Below the pieces are notes generated by a model, which did not search any database, was not told the origin of the DNA, and worked only from the letters and a program-made list of their open reading frames with translations. The translations under genes and the position numbers were made by a program. A DNA stretch of 64,000 bases, taken from the sequence record OZ035782.1; one strand, 5' to 3'. The DNA is from Felixounavirus LF110P2. Positions 27,503 through 35,489 of this stretch are shown here, piece after piece. Numbering within the stretch: the first letter of the stretch is position 1; every line of letters starts with the position of its first letter.

Positions 27503-28606
27503 TTATTCGTAGTCTCGAATAACTAACCCGACAGGGAACTGTAGAGACCCCTTACGAGTCATCTTCTGGAACTGAACCGTTAAAGGCTTCCCGATAAACT
27601 CTTCAGGATGCTCAGCAAGATACTGTTTCTTCTCATGAGTAGTCTTCCATGAGACATCTACAAAGACGTTAGGAAGAGTCTCTACAACGAACTTGCCATG
27701 ACCACGCTTATCAGTCTTTACACCAGTCACTTTAAACTCTTCAGTGTGCATCTTCTTGTGCTTAATCAAGAAATATGAACGGTGACCACACTCGTAGAAA
27801 GATTCTTCAGAGATTGAACGGTACATTGCACCTTCAAAATCAGCTTCAACCCATTTATCATGAGCTTCATCAAACTCTTCCCAAGAGTTAACACGACGAG
27901 ACTTGACAGGGACAACTCTACAGCCGTCTCTAAAGTCATTCAATGGTGAAGTCTCAATAATATCCCTACGCTCAGGCCACGTCTTAGTGCTGTCACAGAT
28001 ATCATACCAGTAAAACTTGAGTAAATGTCGGTCAGGATTGTCTTCATTTTTAATCATAGAGACAATATCTTCTAAGTCCAACCCATGAGCATAGATTTCA
28101 CCATCAAATTCATCAACATCTTTATGGAGCCTCAACATTGCCATAATGTCAGGTATTAGCTCAGTAGGAATTTTATAAATAGTGTTCTCACGAGAATATG
28201 CTGTAAATACGCTGCCAATACTTAAGTGTCTTGAAATTCTACAACGGACACCATCAAGTTTTGGTTGAGCATCAGCAGGGAACTTCAGATACTTTGCATG
28301 ACTAACCTTTGCAGCATCATGAGCAAGCTGCACACCTACCTTCTCAGTATTCTGTGCAGACTCTTTTGTGTAAGCATAGCCTTTGCGGTCAACCTGCTTT
28401 TTATACTTAGCAGCAACTTCAAAGAGAGCTTGCTGTTCAGCGTTACGCTCATTCTTTTTACCGATGTTTTTAGGTTCTGCTGTATACTCTTCAAACATCA
28501 TCTTGCCATTTTCTTTACCGTAGGTTGTAATAACTTTGTCACCTACAGCAACGCATGACCAGACGTTGAAAGAGCCGTCTTTATTTTGTTTGTACAGTAT
28601 TGTCAT
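27503..28606 (-). CDS. ATP-dependent DNA ligase
   Basis: Adenylation motif KLDGVRC (KxDGxR), then DGEIYAHG, EGAMYRS and FLIKHKK in the order of ligase motifs I, III, IV, V. Start set at ATG preceded by AGAGGA RBS. Confidence 0.6.
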   Translation of the reverse strand: MTILYKQNKDGSFNVWSCVAVGDKVITTYGKENGKMMFEEYTAEPKNIGKKNERNAEQQALFEVAAKYKKQVDRKGYAYTKESAQNTEKVGVQLAHDAAKVSHAKYLKFPADAQPKLDGVRCRISRHLSIGSVFTAYSRENTIYKIPTELIPDIMAMLRLHKDVDEFDGEIYAHGLDLEDIVSMIKNEDNPDRHLLKFYWYDICDSTKTWPERRDIIETSPLNDFRDGCRVVPVKSRRVNSWEEFDEAHDKWVEADFEGAMYRSISEESFYECGHRSYFLIKHKKMHTEEFKVTGVKTDKRGHGKFVVETLPNVFVDVSWKTTHEKKQYLAEHPEEFIGKPLTVQFQKMTRKGSLQFPVGLVIRDYE

Positions 28607-28607
28607 T

Positions 28608-28799
28608 TTATTCCTCTGAGTGATACCAAGTATTGCAAGCATTACATGCGTAAAGCTCTAAGTCATTTTTGTCTGGTTTATGGAAACAGTTTGCTCCGCA
28701 GTGGCAACGAAACGGCTTTCCACCAACTGTCAGAATGAAGGATTGAACCTTTCCATCAGGAGTCCGTACAGCATTTTTATGCTTGTCTTCTTTATTCAT
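28608..28799 (-). CDS. Small zinc-ribbon protein
   Basis: CHCGANC ... CNACN cysteine/histidine pairs; 63 aa. Confidence 0.3.
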   Translation of the reverse strand: MNKEDKHKNAVRTPDGKVQSFILTVGGKPFRCHCGANCFHKPDKNDLELYACNACNTWYHSEE

Positions 28800-28955
28800 T
28801 TGTGCTATTGCCTTTGTCAGATTTCATATAGGACATGTTACTATACCTTTTAATAAAATGTACAACGCATTTTGGTGTATCCTTTGAGTCTTTGATGTGC
28901 AATCTCTCGAAACTGTGTACTGTGAAGGTTGCATCTGTCATTGTTTGCTTAGGTT

Positions 28956-29162
28956 TCATTTTCTCTTACCACCAATCTCTACGTCAATAACTTGAACATC
29001 ACCAGCAACATCAAACTTATGAATGATGCTTTCCACAGTGTAAGTCCAACCCTCGATTCGAACCAACTCACCTTCTCGTGGGACGATTGGGTTACGTTGA
29101 GCTACGGTTGTAGTGGAGTGAACAACATCATAACAGTATATATAGTTCACTAGGACTTCCAT
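28956..29162 (-). CDS. Hypothetical small protein
   Basis: 68 aa from internal ATG with GAGGTG RBS. Confidence 0.3.
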   Translation of the reverse strand: MEVLVNYIYCYDVVHSTTTVAQRNPIVPREGELVRIEGWTYTVESIIHKFDVAGDVQVIDVEIGGKRK

Positions 29163-29172
29163 CTTGAACACC

Positions 29173-29409
29173 TCACTCAATAACAGTAGTGTGTGATTGA
29201 CCATTTTTGCCATAGCTATAAGATGTTGTTGTTTGAGAGTTTGGACACCTGACAACAACAATGTCTCTGCTTATGGCATCACCATGTAACTTATAGACTT
29301 TGCAATCTTGCATCTCTGGTGGGAGGCTATAAGAAGCGTTTTTGTCCTCGTAAGAGGGATTACAGCCAGATAGAAAGATAACACTAAGCACAATTACTGC
29401 TTTCCACAT
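29173..29409 (-). CDS. Small lipoprotein (lipobox LSGC)
   Basis: MWKAVIVLSVIFLSGC...: hydrophobic signal followed by L-S-G-C lipobox; AGGAGAAG RBS upstream of this ATG. Confidence 0.45.
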   Translation of the reverse strand: MWKAVIVLSVIFLSGCNPSYEDKNASYSLPPEMQDCKVYKLHGDAISRDIVVVRCPNSQTTTSYSYGKNGQSHTTVIE

Positions 29410-29422
29410 AATACTTCTCCTA

Positions 29423-29578
29423 TTACTGTTCACGATGTTCTACTTCTCTGTACGTTCGTCGATAGTTTATAATAAGCTGTGCTAACTCGTTGCTTTTAAC
29501 ATCTGAACGTAGAAGTTGCCAATCAAAACCTTTACCGACTCTTCCATACAAACTAAAGAATTTTACTTTGCGTTTCAT
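29423..29578 (-). CDS. Small basic ORF (51 aa), not in supplied track
   Basis: ATG preceded by GGAGATACC; translates MKRKVKFFSLYGRVGKGFDWQ...; fills the gap between flanking genes. Confidence 0.2.
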   Translation of the reverse strand: MKRKVKFFSLYGRVGKGFDWQLLRSDVKSNELAQLIINYRRTYREVEHREQ

Positions 29579-29595
29579 TTTGGTATCTCCAATAC

Positions 29596-29808
29596 TCAGA
29601 TGTCAATGCTAATACGTTCACCCTTAAGGACTCCTGTACGGTCCCTTGCAATCTTACCGTCAACAATAAGGATGTGTGCAGACCTTAAAGATTCGCCATT
29701 AAAAGCTTTTACGAACTTACAAGGCATTACCACAATAGACATCTCCTGAATCAACTCTGGAGTATAGCAATTGTCGTGAAGTTGCTGAATAACGTCTGCA
29801 AGTGTCAT
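29596..29808 (-). CDS. Small protein, paralogue of ORF 30011..30220
   Basis: MTLADVIQQL...DGKIARDRTGVLKGERISIDI versus MTLSEIEVQL...GGKIAKDKTRYLKGERVDIENLL. Confidence 0.35.
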   Translation of the reverse strand: MTLADVIQQLHDNCYTPELIQEMSIVVMPCKFVKAFNGESLRSAHILIVDGKIARDRTGVLKGERISIDI

Positions 29809-30014
29809 TTTTGATGTCTCCAATACTCAATGTCAATAAGTTCTTGTGCAATGCTTTTCAGATTACCTTTCAAGAAAACCTTCTCAGAACCTGAAAGAGA
29901 TGAATTGTCAATTAACCTGTTCATTCTCTCAAACAACTTCTGCTTACGGTTCTTGATAGTTTCCTTTGAAGCACCTTTCATCATCGCTGCATGGGTTCTT
30001 CCACGGTGACTCAT
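29805..30014 (-). CDS. Hypothetical small basic protein
   Basis: 69 aa ORF with 4-nt overlaps to both neighbours. Confidence 0.3.
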   Translation of the reverse strand: MSHRGRTHAAMMKGASKETIKNRKQKLFERMNRLIDNSSLSGSEKVFLKGNLKSIAQELIDIEYWRHQK

Positions 30015-30220
30015 AGCAAATTCTCGATGTCTACACGTTCACCTTTTAAGTACCTTGTCTTATCTTTTGCGATTTTCCCTCCAGCAATAAAGATATCTGC
30101 TATACGCAGAGCTTCAGGGTTTACTCTATAACCACTGCAAATAACAATAAGCATGTCTTCAATCTCTTTTTGAGAATAACCTGCACATTGCAACTGAACT
30201 TCAATCTCTGAAAGCGTCAT
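30011..30220 (-). CDS. Small protein, paralogue of ORF 29596..29808
   Basis: AGGAGGT RBS; shared N- and C-terminal sequence with the downstream paralogue. Confidence 0.35.
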   Translation of the reverse strand: MTLSEIEVQLQCAGYSQKEIEDMLIVICSGYRVNPEALRIADIFIAGGKIAKDKTRYLKGERVDIENLL

Positions 30221-30281
30221 GTGACCTCCTATACAAGATACAGTATAAGGTACTCTTCCATGAGCACCTTGTCAATACTAA

Positions 30282-32981
30282 TTAGTGAACCTCAAGCCAG
30301 CTTTTACCAACCTTACCAGTACCTGTAACAAGTGTTTCTTTCTTAAGACCTAAGTTCTTAGAAGCTTGTCCATAATACCAGTCAGTAACCGCTTTCACCT
30401 CTGCCGTCATGCTTTCTGGACATTCCCAACTCGTCTCATCGTGATATGCGCAGAGTAAACGAGCACCAATAGCTGGTTTGCGACCATTCAACTTCATCAA
30501 GCCTTCGTCAATCATACGACGACAAGCAAGGTTAATCGCCTCATTTTGAATCTGAGCCTCTGAACCCATCAAAAGATAGTTCAATAATTTGTGTGGAGAT
30601 TTACACCACAACCAAGCTCCAGCAACCTTTACAAAACCCCCTTTAGAGATTGCAGCAGTCTTACCAAACACCTCTTCAAGTGCCTTTTTAGTCGCTTTGT
30701 AGTCAGCTTCCAAGTCATCTAGCAGCTTCTTAATTTTAGGCAAACGAATAAAGTAAGTCTGTTTAGTCAGTGCACCTTCCTGAGTAGTTGCAGCCTTAAT
30801 TGTCTTAGCAAACTTCTCATCACCTGCACCGAACAGCAGTGCATAGATACCATTCTTAGCTTTCTTACGACCCTTACTAATCTCATGAAGAAGACTCTCA
30901 TCCTGAGTAGCTCGACAAGTCAAGATATCCTGCTCATCATTCAAGCTAAAGTAAATGCTGTTCAGTGTATGAGCATCAGTCCCTGAATAGACAACGTACA
31001 GGTCATTCTCAGAGTCATAGCGAAGGTACTTATCAATCTCTGGGTTGAGGTACTCATCAAAATGTTTGCAGTAATAGCGTCCATCCTCTTGACGAATAAA
31101 CTCAATCTCTTCTTTACCTTGCGTTACCGCTTTGGTGAAGTCTTTATCACCCATAAAGTTACAAAGAAGAACTAGCTGAGCTGAGTTCATATCTACAGAG
31201 ACAACGTTAGTACCTTCCTCACAAATCCACACTGCCCTCATTGGTTCCCCATAGACAGCAGCACCAGACGGTACGTTTACAATACCATATTGTGTCATAC
31301 GTCCAGTTGAAGTACCAAACACCATTGCACCAGCACTAAGGCGACCATCAGGACGAATCTGGTTCAACCAACCTTTTTCATCATCCTTTGAGTTCTCAAT
31401 AGTTCTGCGTCGGTGCATCAAAGTATAGTACTTAGCAATCTTCTGTCCAAGTTCACCTTCAATCGTATCATAAGATGACTCAGTAAGCTTTGGTGAAGTA
31501 CGGATTAAGCAAGGCTCAAGCAAATCTGTGTATTTTTTCACAGACCAGTTATGCTCAATGTACTGGACACCTTCATGTTCAACATAGTTCAAACCACACC
31601 GCTCAACCATTTCCTGCCACTTAGGATGTTTTGTAATCATCTTTTTATTGTCTTTGAAACGACAAACTTTAACAGGGCGACCATCTGAGTCTTTCTTGTA
31701 GTTCCAGTCATCTGGAATCCAACCAACTGATTTCAAGTAGTCTTTAACAACTGCTACCTGAGTCATACGAGAAACTTCAAACTCAATTGGTGTATACGGT
31801 GCATCAATCAAACCTGTGTAGCGACTTGACTCAAGTTCAAAGTGGTTAACAACATGACTGTTATAGTACTTCACAGTTTTAACTGTTTTTACTGGCTTCC
31901 AGTCTTTGCATTTCTTACCAATCTTTGCGTTCAACTCATTGCAAATTGCACGAGCATCCTTCATTGCTACAAAACCTTCTTTGTACTCTTCACCAGTTAC
32001 AGAGTTGGTTGGTGTATAGCAATTCCGCTTTTCAATGTTAAAAATCTTTGTAGTTGGCTTACCAAATGGCTTGATTTCATATGTCTGCATCTCACCGTTA
32101 CGTACCTGTTGACGATACTTTGTCTTAGGGTACTTGGTAATTCTCTTCAGTCCATCTGCATGACCAAATGCTTCAACATACTCATTCCAAGCTTTTGCAA
32201 ATTCTTCTCCAGTGACTTTACCTTTGGTCTTAATAGTTGGAGGAAGATGTGGTTCAACTTCTGAAGCAAGCTCATTAGTCAATTTGTCAAGTTCCTTTAC
32301 ATGGAACTCCATAAGCTCTTTATCAGCTTTCCAACCATTTATAGCCTGTTGACTCATCCAGAAAGATGTTTCTTTAGCTCGCATGTAGGTTTCATAAGTG
32401 TCTATGCCACACTTCTTCAGCTTGAGATATTCATTATCCAGTGCACGTTTAGTTTTGGCGTTAATACGGATATCTTCCACAACACGAGTGAAGATTTCTG
32501 CATTCCACACACCCCAATGTTCAATCTCTGGTTTACGTACACCAACACGCGCACCCCATGCAGCCAAGCCATGAGCACCTTTATAACCTTTTGGAGTTGG
32601 TCTATCCATCCACTGAACACGAGACTGGATAAGAGAATCCTGAAAGAAATTACTCCACGGCTTACACTTTGGATTATCAAAGTTCCATAAATCAGGTGCA
32701 ATGTGATTGAAAACCCACCAGTCATAACCGAGACCGTTATGGATGCAAAGACGTTTTGCCTTTAACGCAAACTCAATACCTTCGCGTAAGCCACCCTTAA
32801 TATACTTGGTATACTTGTGACCGAGTATAGGCTCATCTGTAAAGACCCATACAGGCGGCTCTTCATCGTCAGATTTATAGTCTGCGAAAGCCATTACGTG
32901 CACTTTAGTGAACTCAAGGAGTAAACCATCAGTTTCTGTATCACCAACTAAATGTAAGTTTTTAAAATCTACGTTTTCCAT
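30282..32981 (-). CDS. DNA polymerase, family A (Pol I-like) with 3'-5' exonuclease domain
   Basis: Exo I motif LVGDTETDGL near N-terminus; polymerase motif B-like RKKAKNGIYALLFGAG and motif C CAYHDE near C-terminus. Start set at MENVDFK preceded by GAGGGAG. Confidence 0.85.
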   Translation of the reverse strand: MENVDFKNLHLVGDTETDGLLLEFTKVHVMAFADYKSDDEEPPVWVFTDEPILGHKYTKYIKGGLREGIEFALKAKRLCIHNGLGYDWWVFNHIAPDLWNFDNPKCKPWSNFFQDSLIQSRVQWMDRPTPKGYKGAHGLAAWGARVGVRKPEIEHWGVWNAEIFTRVVEDIRINAKTKRALDNEYLKLKKCGIDTYETYMRAKETSFWMSQQAINGWKADKELMEFHVKELDKLTNELASEVEPHLPPTIKTKGKVTGEEFAKAWNEYVEAFGHADGLKRITKYPKTKYRQQVRNGEMQTYEIKPFGKPTTKIFNIEKRNCYTPTNSVTGEEYKEGFVAMKDARAICNELNAKIGKKCKDWKPVKTVKTVKYYNSHVVNHFELESSRYTGLIDAPYTPIEFEVSRMTQVAVVKDYLKSVGWIPDDWNYKKDSDGRPVKVCRFKDNKKMITKHPKWQEMVERCGLNYVEHEGVQYIEHNWSVKKYTDLLEPCLIRTSPKLTESSYDTIEGELGQKIAKYYTLMHRRRTIENSKDDEKGWLNQIRPDGRLSAGAMVFGTSTGRMTQYGIVNVPSGAAVYGEPMRAVWICEEGTNVVSVDMNSAQLVLLCNFMGDKDFTKAVTQGKEEIEFIRQEDGRYYCKHFDEYLNPEIDKYLRYDSENDLYVVYSGTDAHTLNSIYFSLNDEQDILTCRATQDESLLHEISKGRKKAKNGIYALLFGAGDEKFAKTIKAATTQEGALTKQTYFIRLPKIKKLLDDLEADYKATKKALEEVFGKTAAISKGGFVKVAGAWLWCKSPHKLLNYLLMGSEAQIQNEAINLACRRMIDEGLMKLNGRKPAIGARLLCAYHDETSWECPESMTAEVKAVTDWYYGQASKNLGLKKETLVTGTGKVGKSWLEVH

Positions 32982-33175
32982 TTTTACTCCCTCTAAAATC
33001 ATTAACCTCATACATTACTGCAAAAAATTATAAAAAGCAAGTTGACAATGCACTTGACAAGGTGTTAATCTTTGCGAAGTGGGTTTTTACTTAAAAGGTT
33101 ACTTAACAGCTTAACTATACAGATACTTTAAAACTCTTAAAAGATTATTTAATAGCTTTTAAAAAGCTTTAAAGT

Positions 33176-33194
33176 ATAACGTATAGAATACGTT
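33176..33194. promoter_or_regulatory. 8-bp inverted repeat TAACGTAT-aga-ATACGTTA in divergent intergenic region
   Basis: Perfect palindrome arms with 3-nt spacer, about 45 nt upstream of ORF 33239, inside a 227-bp AT-rich divergent region. Confidence 0.3.
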
Positions 33195-33238
33195 AAGATA
33201 AAAGATTAAAACTTAATAGTTACTTAAAAGAGGCTTAC

Positions 33239-33661
33239 ATGCAGAAAATGTTTGTTCACCCAGACATAGCTGACTTTGTTAGAGCTTTGCAGAAGTTGGA
33301 AGAACTTGACATTGCTGCTCAACGGGAATATGCTCACCATCACAGGAGAATGGTTGATATACAACATGAAATAGAGTTGTCTGAAAACTATGAAGATGAC
33401 TTAAAATGCTCTGTATTTGAGCATATGAAAGATGTTGCTACAGCAAGACGTAAAGCTAAAGACACAGTTGCTTTACTAGATTCTCTTAAAAAGAGGTTGC
33501 AAAGTGGTACAGACCTGTGTAATCTAGCGTCACTGATTAACGATGTTGAAACTTCTTGGGATAGGCACTATTATCCACGTTCTGAAAAGACACTTGACTT
33601 TTCTTCATCAGAAAACTTAAAATGTTCTAGAAAGAAACTTAACCAACTGAGAGAGAAATAA
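33239..33661 (+). CDS. Hypothetical protein
   Basis: 140 aa ORF, first gene of + strand early block. Confidence 0.3.
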   Translation: MQKMFVHPDIADFVRALQKLEELDIAAQREYAHHHRRMVDIQHEIELSENYEDDLKCSVFEHMKDVATARRKAKDTVALLDSLKKRLQSGTDLCNLASLINDVETSWDRHYYPRSEKTLDFSSSENLKCSRKKLNQLREK

Positions 33662-33662
33662 T

Positions 33663-34475
33663 ATGAATATCAATGTGGAACAGATGCTTGAAGAGAAAGG
33701 TGTTGATGAAGCATTCTTAATCAATGCCGTAGAAAGCATGGCTATGATTCTTCGTGGAAATAACTACACAGAACAGTTTATGCCTGCAAGCTACAACTTA
33801 CCTGAAGACAAGTCTGATAGTAGTGCTTTTGCAGAGCAGGTTAATATGATGCTGTGTGACAAAACGCTTGCTTTAGCATCTATCGTTGTAGGTGTCGATG
33901 CTCTTGCAGAGTTCATTTTTTATGAGATGCAGAAAAATGACTATATTGCCATGACATCTGAAGAAAAAGACTCGCTGCTGCTCTTAGATAATGATGAGCT
34001 AGTTGGCCTGTTAATTTCTTCAACGAGTGCTGTTATGGCTGCTCTTGAGAAGCGTATGAATGAGAAGTTGTCACGGTATGAAAAACTTGATTGGGGCGTA
34101 GAAGAATTAAACCCACGAATCAAAGAGATTATCCAGCAAACCAAAGCTTCTTTGGAAGAAGCTGTGAAAGATGATTATGTAGCTGGCATAGAACCACTAC
34201 AGGTGAAAGTTGCATTGATGATGCCAGCTATCTCTACGATGATGAATATCGTTGCATTAATCCAGCTTTCACAGATGATGGGTACAACCATCGAGTTCAT
34301 TGAGAGTATGACTGGTGGTGTCAGTATGCAAGCAATCAATGATGTTTTGGTGAGCATTGGAGCTTCAATCATTGAAGAGAAACTGCGCATTAACTTTGGT
34401 GACGATTTTGTGAAGCAAATCGCAGCTATGGCTGAAAAAGAACACTCACAGATTACCACTGAACAACTGCACTGA
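33663..34475 (+). CDS. Hypothetical protein
   Basis: 270 aa ORF, followed by terminator. Confidence 0.3.
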   Translation: MNINVEQMLEEKGVDEAFLINAVESMAMILRGNNYTEQFMPASYNLPEDKSDSSAFAEQVNMMLCDKTLALASIVVGVDALAEFIFYEMQKNDYIAMTSEEKDSLLLLDNDELVGLLISSTSAVMAALEKRMNEKLSRYEKLDWGVEELNPRIKEIIQQTKASLEEAVKDDYVAGIEPLQVKVALMMPAISTMMNIVALIQLSQMMGTTIEFIESMTGGVSMQAINDVLVSIGASIIEEKLRINFGDDFVKQIAAMAEKEHSQITTEQLH

Positions 34476-34494
34476 GTTTTTATAAATATTACAA

Positions 34495-34517
34495 GCCTCC
34501 TTAGTTGGGGGCTTTTT
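34495..34517 (+). terminator. Intrinsic terminator
   Basis: GCCTCC ttagtt GGGGGC hairpin (one G-U pair) followed by TTTTT. Confidence 0.5.
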
Positions 34518-34536
34518 AGTAATTAAGGGAGATAGA

Positions 34537-35280
34537 ATGAGTAATATTATCGCATTTACTGGAAAGGCACGCTCTGGAAAAGACACCTCATGTTCTATTG
34601 TGAAGAACATCTTAGAGGATGAGTACGGCTACAATGTTGCTGTAATGGCCTTTGCAGACAACCTTAAAATGTCTGCATCAAAGATATTTGACCTGACTTG
34701 GAATGACCTGTATGGTGAAACTAAAGAGACTCCACAGGTATTTGACTTATCATATCCTGAACTGATGTTTAAAGTTACGGAAGCTATGGAGTTCACCTTC
34801 AGAGATGAACGTTACCATATGGACTTCAAGCTTATGTCAGAGTTAACCGGACGATTAATCATGGAGCTTAAGAAGGTTGCTAAACCTACCCTATTAACAC
34901 GTCTGGGATTTAGTAAAAAGTATAAATTCTCATCAAGACAAATTCAACAGATTTGGGGTACTGAAGTTGTCCGTAAAGTAATGGGCGACAAGTTCTGGTC
35001 TAAAGACCTTGAAAAAAGAATGGTTAGATTCCATGAAATGTGCTCACTTAGAAATCAATATGGTTTTGTCTTAATCAGTGATTTAAGATTTGACTCTGAA
35101 GCTGAATGGCTGAGTAGATTTGCACACCAAACTATTGAAGTAAAAAGAGACAATGTGGACAAAGTTTCATCACATGTTTCAGAAAATGGGATTTCTACAA
35201 AATATGAGCGTGACATTATTCATAATAATGGTACTCTTGCAGACCTTGAGAACAAGCTAAGAGCCATCATTAAAGTTTAA
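34537..35280 (+). CDS. Deoxynucleoside monophosphate kinase-like P-loop protein
   Basis: N-terminal IIAFTGKARSGKDT resembles the T4 gene 1 dNMP kinase P-loop (as recalled). Confidence 0.45.
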   Translation: MSNIIAFTGKARSGKDTSCSIVKNILEDEYGYNVAVMAFADNLKMSASKIFDLTWNDLYGETKETPQVFDLSYPELMFKVTEAMEFTFRDERYHMDFKLMSELTGRLIMELKKVAKPTLLTRLGFSKKYKFSSRQIQQIWGTEVVRKVMGDKFWSKDLEKRMVRFHEMCSLRNQYGFVLISDLRFDSEAEWLSRFAHQTIEVKRDNVDKVSSHVSENGISTKYERDIIHNNGTLADLENKLRAIIKV

Positions 35281-35288
35281 AAGAGAGA

Positions 35289-35489
35289 ATGAAGATGAGA
35301 GTAAAAGACAATTTTAAAGTTATTGACCACCGTTTAGTGGAACTCTCATCTCTTTCCAATGAGGTAATGATTGAACGTCTTAAGAGAGTTGAATCACGAA
35401 GGAAAGAGATTGCAGATGAAATTCATGAACTGGACAAGATTGAAAATGGATTGAAGGCAGAACTACAACGAAGAGGTGCTAATGTCTAA
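35289..35489 (+). CDS. Hypothetical small coiled-coil protein
   Basis: 66 aa ORF directly upstream of primase-helicase. Confidence 0.25.
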   Translation: MKMRVKDNFKVIDHRLVELSSLSNEVMIERLKRVESRRKEIADEIHELDKIENGLKAELQRRGANV

